64,000 nucleotides of DNA from Chitinophagales bacterium (GTDB taxonomy: Bacteria; Bacteroidota; Bacteroidia; Chitinophagales; LD1), in contig JAXLUN010000004.1 in NCBI GenBank assembly GCA_046329535.1, positions 261,236 through 325,235 on the forward strand, written 5' to 3'. Both the position numbers and the translations under genes were made by a program. The notes beneath the pieces were generated by a model. It did no database searches. It was not told where the DNA came from and saw only the letters and a list, made by a program, of their open reading frames with translations. Of the stretch, positions 50,517 to 59,690 are shown piece by piece. How positions within the stretch are numbered: the stretch's first letter is position 1; every line of letters begins with the position of its first letter.

Positions 50517-50872
50517 ACTTCCATGTTTTTGGAGGTCGATTTCCGATGTCCGAAATCCACTTCCGTGTTTTTGGAAGTCGATTTCCGATGTCCGAAATCC
50601 ACTTCCGTGTTTTTGGAAGTCGACTTCCGATGTCCGAAGTCCACTTCCATGTTTTTGGAAGTCGATTTCCCGTGTCCGAAATCCACTTCCGTGTTTTTGG
50701 AAGTCGACTTCCGATGTCCGAAATCCACTTCCATGTTTTTGGAAGTTGACTTCCCGTGTCCGAAGTCCACTTCCATGTTTTTGGAAGTCGATTTCAGATG
50801 TCCGAAATCCACTTCCGTGTTTTTGGAAGTCGATTTCCCGTGTCTGAAATCCACTTCCATGTTTCGGGAAGT
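50517..50872. repeat. Tandem array, 8.5 x 42 bp, each unit made of two hairpins (21-nt sub-period)
   Basis: ACTTCC starts at 50517, 50559, 50601, 50643, 50685, 50727, 50769, 50811 and 50853. Consensus ACTTCCRTGTTTTTGGAAGTCGATTTCCGATGTCCGAAATCC. Confidence 0.92.
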
Positions 50873-51031
50873 AACATTCTGCCATACCAATTTTTACCAC
50901 AGGTTATTATTGAGCAGGCTTTGTTTAAACAGGCGGGCCGCTCAAAAACAATTTGTTTAATCATCGGCTTCAATTAATTTTATTCGCTTCTTATAAATTT
51001 GTAACCGGCTTTTTAAACCACCCTATAGCTT

Positions 51032-51580
51032 ATGCACTTAGGAATACCCGTAAAAGAACATACCGCCCTGTTAGTAATAGATGTGCAGGAAAGATTAATG
51101 CCTGTCATATTTGAACAGGAAAAGATTTTTGCCAACGTAAACAAACTGCTGCGCGGAGCCGAAATTTTAGGACTGGAAACCGTCATTACCGAACAGTATC
51201 CTAAAGGATTGGGAAACACCTGCAAGGAAGTGGAGATGGGAGAAAACAAAACCATTATCGAAAAAGTTTGCTTTAGCTGTATGCTCAGCGAACCCGTTAC
51301 CGAACAGTTGAAACTGACCAATGTAAAATCGCTGATAATATGTGGCGTTGAATCGCACATTTGTGTATTGAAAACCACTCTTGATGCTCTGAAAGCAGGT
51401 TACGAAGTACATGTAGTAGCTGATGCGGTATCTTCCCGTTCAGCCGAAAATAAACAGTTGGCTCTGGAACGTATGCGTCAGGCCGGAGCTTTTATTACAT
51501 CGGTAGAAATGATTCTGTTTATGCTGCTGGACAAAGCAGGTACGGATGAGTTTAAGGCTATCAGTAAACTGATTAAGTGA
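51032..51580 (+). CDS. Isochorismatase-family cysteine hydrolase
   Basis: ALLVIDVQE start and the ICGVESHICV catalytic-Cys segment. Confidence 0.8.
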   Translation: MHLGIPVKEHTALLVIDVQERLMPVIFEQEKIFANVNKLLRGAEILGLETVITEQYPKGLGNTCKEVEMGENKTIIEKVCFSCMLSEPVTEQLKLTNVKSLIICGVESHICVLKTTLDALKAGYEVHVVADAVSSRSAENKQLALERMRQAGAFITSVEMILFMLLDKAGTDEFKAISKLIK

Positions 51581-51736
51581 TGTATATGCACTAGAAAGTG
51601 CCTCTCTTCTTCTTTCTACCCATTTATTATTGACTCCTTACTAAATTGTTGAAAAGGGAGTACTGGTTCAAGGCTATTCTATCAATCCTTTCATCTTTTA
51701 CGTTTTTGCTAACAAATAATTTATCAACTTTGAACT

Positions 51737-53959
51737 ATGAGAATATTGGTCGCTTTGTTTTTTGCTTTTCTGCTGCTTCAGCTGCCGGCACAAACACCTA
51801 AATACCGGGTGGTTAGTATACCGGTTGAGAAAAACGGCTCTCTTCTTAAGCAACCTTGGACAGGGGGCATGAACTCTCCACAATTTTCTCCTATAGAACT
51901 GAATGGAGATACTTTGCCTGATTTATTTGTATTTGATCGGGTTGGAGATAAAGTACTTACCTTTCTTAATACAGGTACAACCGGAGATACTACTTATCAA
52001 TATGCTCCTCAATACGAAAGTATCTTTCCCGCTGATTTAACCGCATGGGCTCTTATTCGCGATTATAATTATGATAACGTACCCGACATTTTTACCCGGG
52101 TAAATCTTGGTACTCGGGTGTTTAAGGGGAGTTATCAAAATGGGCAACTTACTTTTAATCTGGTTTCAGATTTGTTGATGTATAATGATGGTATTTACAA
52201 TGTAAATGTATACACCAGTCGTGATGATGTGCCGGTATTTACCGATGTAAACCGAGATGGAGATATGGATGTACTTACCTACGGCATTTTCGGCTCCTTT
52301 GTTGAATATTACGAAAATCAGACAGTGGAGCATGCCGGTGACCCACATTTTGCAGTCGACTCTTTCAAGTTTTTTGATCAAACACTTTGCTGGGGAGAGT
52401 TTACCGAGAACTCACTCAATAATTCAATCAGCTTAAACATCAGTTGCAAGGGTAATTCGCCTGACAATTCTGTTGTGACAGAGGGCAGTCGCCACGCGGG
52501 GTCTACGATTTATAGTTTTGATTATGGAAATGACCATGATGTGGATTTGCTGGTTGGAGATATTAGTTATAACAATCTTGTATTTGTAGAAAACTGTGGC
52601 GATAGTTCCTATGCGCATATTTGTGTTTATGATTCACTCTTCCCATTTTGTAACACTCCCGTTGCCTTACCACTTTTTCCAGCAGCTTATGGGGTAGATG
52701 CCAATCGCGATGGTTTAGAAGACTTACTGGTTTCTCCTAATACCACAGCCGGAGCCCGCGATGTAGACAATGTGATGTTCTATCAAAACACAGGTAATCC
52801 TTCTTGTCCATTTCAATATCAGGGCGATTCTTTTCTGGTTCGCCATGCAATGGACTTTGGTACCGATTCCAAACCCTACTTTTTCGATGTTAACGGAGAT
52901 GGACTGAAAGATATTGTTACGGGCAACTATGGTTATTTTCGTCCTTTTCTTACCTATAAATCTACCCTGGCATATCTCCAGAATACAGGTTCAAACACAC
53001 AACCTGAGTTTACACAAGTAAATGATGATTTTGCCAATGTCAGTAATTTTAACTTAGTAGCGGTGCATCCTGCTTTTGGCGATTTGAACGGAGATGGTAA
53101 CGTGGATATGCTCTTGGGTGAACTGACCGGAACGCTTAACTTCTTTAAAAATGTAAGTAATGGCATGGCCTCTTTCCCGACCATGACCTCTCCCCAGTAT
53201 TTTAATCTGGACGTGGGAGAATACAGTGCCCCTTTTATTTACGATGTTAATGGCGATTCACTAAATGATTTGATTGTAGGTAAGAAGAATGGCAAACTTT
53301 CGTACTACTGGAACTATGGCACAAAAACAAATGCTCTGTTCAGTGCCGATTCAGTTAACGCATTTTTCGGCAATGTTAATGTGACCCAAATAGGGTATGG
53401 AGAAGGTTACAGTACTCCCTACATTCAGCAGGAGGGGGGGGCACTAAAACTCTATGTGGGTAGTTTGAGAGGGCTTACTTTTAAATACGATCTGGATGTA
53501 AGTAAATTACGTGTCGGTGCGTTCAATCTTGTAGATTCCAATTACCTGAATGCAGACATCGGTTCTAAGTCAACGATAGCTATAGACGATTTAAATGATG
53601 ATGGTCAACCGGAGTATCTGCTTGGTAATTCGAGAGGTGGTTTATTACTCTACTCAGATTCTTTATGGGATCCGGATACCATACTCAGTAATATGGAGAT
53701 TACTTCCATGAAGAGCAATAGTCTTCGCCTTTATCCTAATCCAACTAATCAATATGTGATGGTTGAAGCGGATGGAGTTTTGTTCAATCACCCGACAGTA
53801 GAAATATATAATCTGCTTGGGGAATATTGTTCTGTTGAGTTCAAAAGCAATCAAAATCGTATCGTAGTTAATACATCAACTATGCCGAGTGGTTTTTACC
53901 TGATTCGCCTGACAGAAAATGATAGAGTTTACTCCGGAAAAATATTGATATCCCGATAA
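51737..53959 (+). CDS. FG-GAP/VCBS repeat protein with T9SS type A sorting domain
   Basis: Signal peptide. Repeated DVNxDGxxD calcium-loop-like motifs (VNRDGDMDV, DVNGDGLKDIV, DLNGDGNVDML, DVNGDSLNDLIV). C-terminus LRLYPNPTNQYVMVE...IYNLLGEY...GFYLIRL...GKILISR. Confidence 0.8.
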   Translation: MRILVALFFAFLLLQLPAQTPKYRVVSIPVEKNGSLLKQPWTGGMNSPQFSPIELNGDTLPDLFVFDRVGDKVLTFLNTGTTGDTTYQYAPQYESIFPADLTAWALIRDYNYDNVPDIFTRVNLGTRVFKGSYQNGQLTFNLVSDLLMYNDGIYNVNVYTSRDDVPVFTDVNRDGDMDVLTYGIFGSFVEYYENQTVEHAGDPHFAVDSFKFFDQTLCWGEFTENSLNNSISLNISCKGNSPDNSVVTEGSRHAGSTIYSFDYGNDHDVDLLVGDISYNNLVFVENCGDSSYAHICVYDSLFPFCNTPVALPLFPAAYGVDANRDGLEDLLVSPNTTAGARDVDNVMFYQNTGNPSCPFQYQGDSFLVRHAMDFGTDSKPYFFDVNGDGLKDIVTGNYGYFRPFLTYKSTLAYLQNTGSNTQPEFTQVNDDFANVSNFNLVAVHPAFGDLNGDGNVDMLLGELTGTLNFFKNVSNGMASFPTMTSPQYFNLDVGEYSAPFIYDVNGDSLNDLIVGKKNGKLSYYWNYGTKTNALFSADSVNAFFGNVNVTQIGYGEGYSTPYIQQEGGALKLYVGSLRGLTFKYDLDVSKLRVGAFNLVDSNYLNADIGSKSTIAIDDLNDDGQPEYLLGNSRGGLLLYSDSLWDPDTILSNMEITSMKSNSLRLYPNPTNQYVMVEADGVLFNHPTVEIYNLLGEYCSVEFKSNQNRIVVNTSTMPSGFYLIRLTENDRVYSGKILISR

Positions 53960-55168
53960 ATGAAGTTACACCGAAATCTGGTAGCCGCTGTAATTGATGG
54001 GCTTCGTGATATATTAATCGACAACCAACAAGCCGACCTTACCGTGGCGAATCTTCTGGTTTCGAACAAAAGCTGGGGTGCCCGCGACCGTAATTTTATA
54101 GCCGAGAATATTTACCATCTGGTGCGGTATAAGCGCCTATATGAGTTTTGCATAGAAGATGAATTGTTTGGTGATGTATCGCTGCGCCAAATGGTAGGTG
54201 CCAAACTCTTTTTAGAAAACGGCTCACTGCCTCCTTGGGAGGAGTTTACCTCATTGAATACTGAACGAGTTGCTCAGCGAGCTATAGAGGCGCGTAAGGT
54301 GCGTAAGATACGGGAATCAATTCCGGATTGGTTAGATGCTTATGGGATGCAGGAACTTGGACCACAATGGGACCAGGAAATCACAGCTTTAAACCAAACT
54401 GCACAATTCTCCATTCGAGTGAATACCCTCAAAACCAATAAAGCCATTCTTTCAAAGTTGCTCACTGATGAAGGATTGTCCCTCCTCGAAACAGATGTTG
54501 CTCCCGATGCACTGATTATTTTATCTCGTAAAAATTTTAAAACACATCCGGCTTATAAAAACGGGCTTTTTGAAGTGCAGGATGTTTCCTCGCAAATGGT
54601 ATCACAAATGTTAGATGTGGCACCGGGTATGAATGTGATAGATGGTTGTTCGGGTGCGGGCGGTAAAACGCTTCATTTGGCAGCATTGATGCAGAACAAG
54701 GGTGAAATACTGGCCGTAGATGTACATGAAAAAAAACTGGAAGAGTTGGAACGCAGAGCTAAAAGGGCAGGTTGTCATATAGTCAAAGCGATGCATACCA
54801 CTCGTCTCACTAAGTTTCATCAGGCTCTGATGCATTCCTTTGCCGACAGAATATTAATTGATGTGCCCTGCTCGGGTAGCGGTGTGTTCAGAAGAAAACC
54901 AGATGCCAAGTGGACACTGACTAAAACCTTTGTCGAAGAGCTTCAGCTAACTCAGTCACAAATACTGGATGAATATGCCCCGATGCTTAAGAAAGATGGT
55001 TTGATGGTGTATTCTACCTGCAGTATTTTTCCAGGGGAGAATGAAAAGCAGATAGAGAAATTCCTGACTCGGCATGCAGGATATAAACTACTGGAGGAGA
55101 AGAAAATCTCACCGGCCGACACCGGCTTTGACGGATTTTATATGGCAAAAATGCAGCGGATCATTTAA
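53960..55168 (+). CDS. RsmB/NOP2-family RNA cytosine-C5 methyltransferase
   Basis: SAM site DGCSGAGGKTLHLA. Catalytic DVPCSGSGVFRRKPD and YSTCS motifs. Confidence 0.85.
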   Translation: MKLHRNLVAAVIDGLRDILIDNQQADLTVANLLVSNKSWGARDRNFIAENIYHLVRYKRLYEFCIEDELFGDVSLRQMVGAKLFLENGSLPPWEEFTSLNTERVAQRAIEARKVRKIRESIPDWLDAYGMQELGPQWDQEITALNQTAQFSIRVNTLKTNKAILSKLLTDEGLSLLETDVAPDALIILSRKNFKTHPAYKNGLFEVQDVSSQMVSQMLDVAPGMNVIDGCSGAGGKTLHLAALMQNKGEILAVDVHEKKLEELERRAKRAGCHIVKAMHTTRLTKFHQALMHSFADRILIDVPCSGSGVFRRKPDAKWTLTKTFVEELQLTQSQILDEYAPMLKKDGLMVYSTCSIFPGENEKQIEKFLTRHAGYKLLEEKKISPADTGFDGFYMAKMQRII

Positions 55169-55353
55169 TCGCAGGTATATCCCTGCGCTGTAGTTTGCCG
55201 GAAAGCTTCATTATAACTTTCGGTAGAAGCGTAATCTTTCTTACATAACTTGATGTCGGGAGCTGGGTACTTAGTGCAGGTGGTACACTCTTTACAAGAG
55301 TTAACAGATAGCATTGCAAAAGAGGAGGCAATAAAAGCGAGGATGAGTTTCAT
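55165..55353 (-). CDS. Small Cys-rich lipoprotein (hypothetical)
   Basis: 62 aa with a signal peptide, lipobox SVNSC and five further Cys. The short length makes it uncertain. Confidence 0.4.
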   Translation of the reverse strand: MKLILAFIASSFAMLSVNSCKECTTCTKYPAPDIKLCKKDYASTESYNEAFRQTTAQGYTCD

Positions 55354-55655
55354 AAACTTTCAAGTATTGTGTTCCGAAGATAGTAATCCCTTTGAGTTTA
55401 TAACGATGCAGTTTAAAGGAATTGGTAGTGGGTTTATTTAGCTCCCCGAGTAGAAACTTTAATGTTTGATAACTATAGGCAATAATTTGGTGGTTGCAGG
55501 TTGTTAACTGCTATCATTATTAAGGCCATTACAATATTCAACTTGTGGCGTAAATAATGCATGGTATAATCCACTTAAAAGATCTTGTTTTTAACGCTAT
55601 AAAAACAGAGCTGCCCGGGTAATGCAATACGTAAAAATTGAGCAAAAATCATATC

Positions 55656-58600
55656 ATGAGATTGTTCATTTTTACTTTGGTAGCATTTCTTTCTATTCAT
55701 GTATCGGGGGCAATAAATGCTGGTTTTTCAGCCAGCAGTTTAAACGGTTGCCCTCCGCTGCTGATTAACTTTAACTCTGCACCGGGTATCAATGCTACTT
55801 GTGTATGGAATTTTGGAAATGGTAATACATCAAATCTGACAAACCCATCAGCAATGTTTACCAATCCGGGCATTTATACTGTCAAATTGGTTGTTACAGA
55901 TGGTTCACATGTAGACTCAAGCTTGCAAACCATCACAGTTTATGAGTTGCCGGTGTTTAATTTTAATGCGGCTGATGTAACTGTTTGTTACGATGACACC
56001 TTAAAACTGTTTAGCCATGTGGTATCTTCTTCCGCACCAATAACTGACTATGCCTGGGATTTTGGGGATGGCATTTCAAGTAGCGGCTCTAATACCATAC
56101 ATCGCTATGCTATAGCTGGTAATTATGATGTAAGTCTCATTGTACAGGATGCCCACAGCTGCATAAAAAGTTTGACAAAACCTGCATATGTGAGAGCCTT
56201 ACCTAAGCCGGTCGCTTCTTTTTTTGCTTCACCACCATTTAGTTGTTCAGCTACAGAGACTATTGTTTTTACTAATCAGAGCACCGGAAGCGGTTTGACT
56301 TATAAATGGCTTCTGGATGATTCAACCTATAGTCAGGCAGCTAACCCGATTTACACATATCAACAGGAAGTTGATGTAGTTAAACTGATGATAACCGATA
56401 ACCAAGGCTGTCGAGATACTGCTCTCAAAACTATTCGGGTGGTAGATGTGAATGCCTCATTTACGGCAGATGAGGAGGATATATGCACTGGCCTGCCGAT
56501 TCAATTTACAAATAACTCAAACTTCCATCAATCAAGTCGCTGGGATTTTGGTGATGGCACAACTAGTAGTGCACACCATGCTACAAAGATTTATTCTGCT
56601 CCCGGAATTTACACTGTCAAACTGGTAAACTCATACTATGGGTGCTCCGACTCACTAACTAAAGTAGCTTACATCACCGCTAATATTTGTGTTAGTGCAG
56701 GTGGTGGGGGAGGAGGAGGTTGTAAAGATTCTACTGTTTTTCAGATGAACAGCAATCTGGTTAACGGTAACCATCTATCATGGGATTTTGGTGATGGTGC
56801 TACTTCTATTATGGAGAACCCTTTGCATACATATTATTCCGATGGCGACTATACCGTGATTCATTATTATCATAATAGTTCCGGTCAGCTTGTAGCTGAT
56901 AGTACTACGGTAACTGTCAGTAATACCCGTCCGGTACCAATCTTCAATTTAGATACGGCAAACTGTACCAATGGTAATCTTGTTTTTAGAAGTTTAAGTA
57001 CGAATGCAGTAGCTCAGGTTTGGAACTTTGGAGATGGAGATACTTCGTCATTAAAGATAGCTCATCATATCTACACTAGTCCGGGTGTTTATCATGTTTC
57101 ATTGACTGTATGGAATGCTAACGGATGCGATAGCACTATCACCAAAAGCATTGTGATTAAAAATCTGGAAACAGAGATATTTGTGGATAAAACTTTTTCC
57201 CCCTGTCCGCCATTTGTGGCTTTGTTTACAAGTAATACTAACCGTCCGAATGTTACTTATCAATGGGGTTTTGGTGATGGAGGCACCCATTCCGCAGCCA
57301 CTCCAACACATGTATATTTTTATCCTGGGGTGTATGAAGTTGTGGTTATCAGCCGTACTGGTAACGGATGTATAGACACAACTTGGTTGCCCGCTCCGAT
57401 TCAAGTACAAGGGCCTGAAGGCCAGTTCGATTTAAGTCAGCCTACAGGTTGTGTGCCACATACGGTTACATTCAGTACAGAAGTATCATCTAACACCCGT
57501 CATATCTGGGCTGACTTAGGAGACGGAACTCTGGTGACAGATTCACAACTGTTTACTCATACCTATACTTACCCAGATTCATTTCATCCCAAATTTATAC
57601 TCGTTGATTCAGTGGGATGCAGTGTACCTTACACCTTGCCGGTTGTGCAGGCGGTTGTGCCACCGGTAATGCATATGACGGATACCGTTGTGTGTGCCGG
57701 TTCTGATATTCATCTGGCTTTCGATTCAGGTTTGTATAAATGGTCTCCTGCTACTTATCTTAGTTGCGACACCTGTGCTGAATTGACTATAACTCCAGCT
57801 ACTTCATTATCTTACGAGATAAGTTCTGCGAATGAATTCTGTGTTATCTATTATCAAATGGATGTAGAGGTATTGCCACTTCCGGAGTCCGGTGCCTCAC
57901 AGGAAATAAAAACTTGCCGAGGATCTTCGGTGGTATTGCATACCGCATCGGCTGATAGTTTCAGCTGGTCACCCGCACTTTATCTCAGTGACAGTTCTAT
58001 ATCATCACCAATATGCACTCCTGCACAGGATATCATGTATCAGGTGGAGGCATATAATCAACTGGGCTGTTTCGTTACGGATACTGTCTATGTTAAGATT
58101 TTAGATAAGTTGGAGATTGCTGTCTCAGATGATATAGTAGTTTGCGCCAACGATACCTTTGCTCTTTACGCATCGGTACTTACTGCCCCCGATAGCTTAG
58201 TTACCTATCACTGGACTCCGTCTCTTTATCTTGCCACAGACAATACGCCCCTGGTATCCGGTCAAAATCTACCTTCAACCACCACTTTTACTGTAACTGC
58301 GCAAAGTGGCGCATGTGGTACGGATACTAAATCTGTAACTGTACAGGTGAAGAACAATCCGGTTATACCTCCATTTCATCCAGTAACTGTTTATATAGGA
58401 GAACCTGCCGTTTTATCTGTTACAGGGCAGGGTAATTATACTTATCAATGGCAGGCTGCCGATTCACTAAGTTGTAATGACTGTCAGTCTGCTACTATAT
58501 TTCCAACAAAATCACAAGTAGTGTATGTTACAATTACTCAGCCGGAGGGATGCAGTACCACCGATTCTCTGTTTGTATCGGTAGCCGGTTGTAATCCGGA

Positions 58601-58874
58601 TGTGATTTTTGCACCGAATGTTTTTTCACCTAACGGAGATGGATTGAATGATGTATTTGCTACCAGCCATAAAGCACTTAGCCGGTTTGATTACATGCGC
58701 ATATTTAATCGTTGGGGACAAGTGGTTTTTGAAACAACCGATGGCAACCAAAGTTGGGATGGAACTGCCAATGGGACTATCGCATTTGATGAAGTATATG
58801 TATACGTATTGCAAGGACAATGTTATGACGGAGAAGAATTAATTAAAAGCGGTAGTATAACACTGGTTAGATAA
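55656..58874 (+). CDS. Multi-PKD-domain protein with T9SS type B sorting domain
   Basis: At least seven W(N/D)FGDG...Y...G.Y.V.L PKD modules. C-terminus APNVFSPNGDGLNDVF...IFNRWGQVVFE...WDG...VYVYVL. ATG at 55656 (MRLFIFTLVAF) is preferred over TTG at 55638. Confidence 0.85.
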   Translation: MRLFIFTLVAFLSIHVSGAINAGFSASSLNGCPPLLINFNSAPGINATCVWNFGNGNTSNLTNPSAMFTNPGIYTVKLVVTDGSHVDSSLQTITVYELPVFNFNAADVTVCYDDTLKLFSHVVSSSAPITDYAWDFGDGISSSGSNTIHRYAIAGNYDVSLIVQDAHSCIKSLTKPAYVRALPKPVASFFASPPFSCSATETIVFTNQSTGSGLTYKWLLDDSTYSQAANPIYTYQQEVDVVKLMITDNQGCRDTALKTIRVVDVNASFTADEEDICTGLPIQFTNNSNFHQSSRWDFGDGTTSSAHHATKIYSAPGIYTVKLVNSYYGCSDSLTKVAYITANICVSAGGGGGGGCKDSTVFQMNSNLVNGNHLSWDFGDGATSIMENPLHTYYSDGDYTVIHYYHNSSGQLVADSTTVTVSNTRPVPIFNLDTANCTNGNLVFRSLSTNAVAQVWNFGDGDTSSLKIAHHIYTSPGVYHVSLTVWNANGCDSTITKSIVIKNLETEIFVDKTFSPCPPFVALFTSNTNRPNVTYQWGFGDGGTHSAATPTHVYFYPGVYEVVVISRTGNGCIDTTWLPAPIQVQGPEGQFDLSQPTGCVPHTVTFSTEVSSNTRHIWADLGDGTLVTDSQLFTHTYTYPDSFHPKFILVDSVGCSVPYTLPVVQAVVPPVMHMTDTVVCAGSDIHLAFDSGLYKWSPATYLSCDTCAELTITPATSLSYEISSANEFCVIYYQMDVEVLPLPESGASQEIKTCRGSSVVLHTASADSFSWSPALYLSDSSISSPICTPAQDIMYQVEAYNQLGCFVTDTVYVKILDKLEIAVSDDIVVCANDTFALYASVLTAPDSLVTYHWTPSLYLATDNTPLVSGQNLPSTTTFTVTAQSGACGTDTKSVTVQVKNNPVIPPFHPVTVYIGEPAVLSVTGQGNYTYQWQAADSLSCNDCQSATIFPTKSQVVYVTITQPEGCSTTDSLFVSVAGCNPDVIFAPNVFSPNGDGLNDVFATSHKALSRFDYMRIFNRWGQVVFETTDGNQSWDGTANGTIAFDEVYVYVLQGQCYDGEELIKSGSITLVR

Positions 58875-59085
58875 ACCACTTAGCACATGTAGAGGAAACT
58901 AAGCTATCTATGAAAAAGTATCATTTTTCAGTAGATCCATGTTCCTGTCATTACTATTCAAGATAAATACTGAAGTAAGATGTTCACTTTTCTCAGTATA
59001 ATGGTTTCCCTTTTATTATTAATCGGCATTGGCTTGTATGAACGATGGATGCTGTCGGACTGTGGAGCATTAGTGTAGTTTTCGT

Positions 59086-59119
59086 AAAATACCCAGACAT
59101 GGCATTGTCTGGGTATTTT
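59086..59119. terminator. Bidirectional intrinsic terminator
   Basis: AAAATACCCAGACA, loop TGGCAT, TGTCTGGGTATTTT: a perfect 14-bp stem with A4/T4 flanks, between convergent genes. Confidence 0.7.
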
Positions 59120-59130
59120 CTAGGTACAAG

Positions 59131-59634
59131 CTATAGCATTGTGACGGGCCTCAAACGGTTAATGGGGATATAGTGGCACCGATAACCCCCTGCTGTACCA
59201 TTCTTACTACCAAAATCTTTTAAGGGAGCTGCATCTACCTCTTCATTGGTAGCAAAGCCGCATATATATGCACGCGTCCCTTCGGTAATGGTATCTGCCA
59301 GGGTTGATTCCACATCAATAATTATCTGCACATAAAATTGGGGCTTACGCTTCTGCGCATAGTCTTCTCTTACCAATAGATTCAGTTTGTTATTAGCCGG
59401 AAAAGCAGATGTTTTTATCTCAAAATCTCCAAAATCGCTTTCCCCCTTATTGCGCCCTACCCGATGTTTCCGCCAATTATTAAACATAAACTGCGCAAAG
59501 ATAAACTCACCTAAATGCCCTGTTAAGGTATCAATCTTAGAGGCAACCGTACGTTTTACTTTAGTATGCGGAATAAGCCTTATTGCCTCATCAATCATTT
59601 CCTGAGTAATCAGGATGTATGGGTATGTTTTCAT
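59131..59634 (-). CDS. Hypothetical protein, weak PD-(D/E)xK nuclease-like motif layout
   Basis: 167-aa ORF bracketed by non-coding DNA. GHLGEF helix followed by GESDFGDFEIKT (D...ExK). The spacing is atypically short, so the fold call is tentative. Confidence 0.5.
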   Translation of the reverse strand: MKTYPYILITQEMIDEAIRLIPHTKVKRTVASKIDTLTGHLGEFIFAQFMFNNWRKHRVGRNKGESDFGDFEIKTSAFPANNKLNLLVREDYAQKRKPQFYVQIIIDVESTLADTITEGTRAYICGFATNEEVDAAPLKDFGSKNGTAGGYRCHYIPINRLRPVTML

Positions 59635-59690
59635 TTTATTGCATCGGCTAATATAATTTAGCTAAAGCAACTTACCTGATCCGTTAAAGG

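Noticed and set aside
50439-50977. Overlapping ORFs of 67-153 aa on both strands (GSGFRTSEIDFQKH-type 14-aa repeats)
   Set aside because: Frames on both strands are open only because the 42-bp unit lacks stop codons in those frames. Mutually overlapping repeat-derived ORFs on both strands are the hallmark of non-coding tandem DNA.
56696-56722. Gly7 stretch (AGGGGGGGC) in the PKD protein as a slippage tract
   Set aside because: The DNA is GGTGGTGGGGGAGGAGGAGGT, so it uses mixed codons and has no long homopolymer, unlike the true G8 run at 53434-53441.
57182-57190. Perfect DnaA-box-like 9-mer TGTGGATAA
   Set aside because: It is a single occurrence inside the PKD-protein CDS, with no cluster of boxes, no AT-rich unwinding element and no dnaA/dnaN nearby. 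This is compatible with chance.
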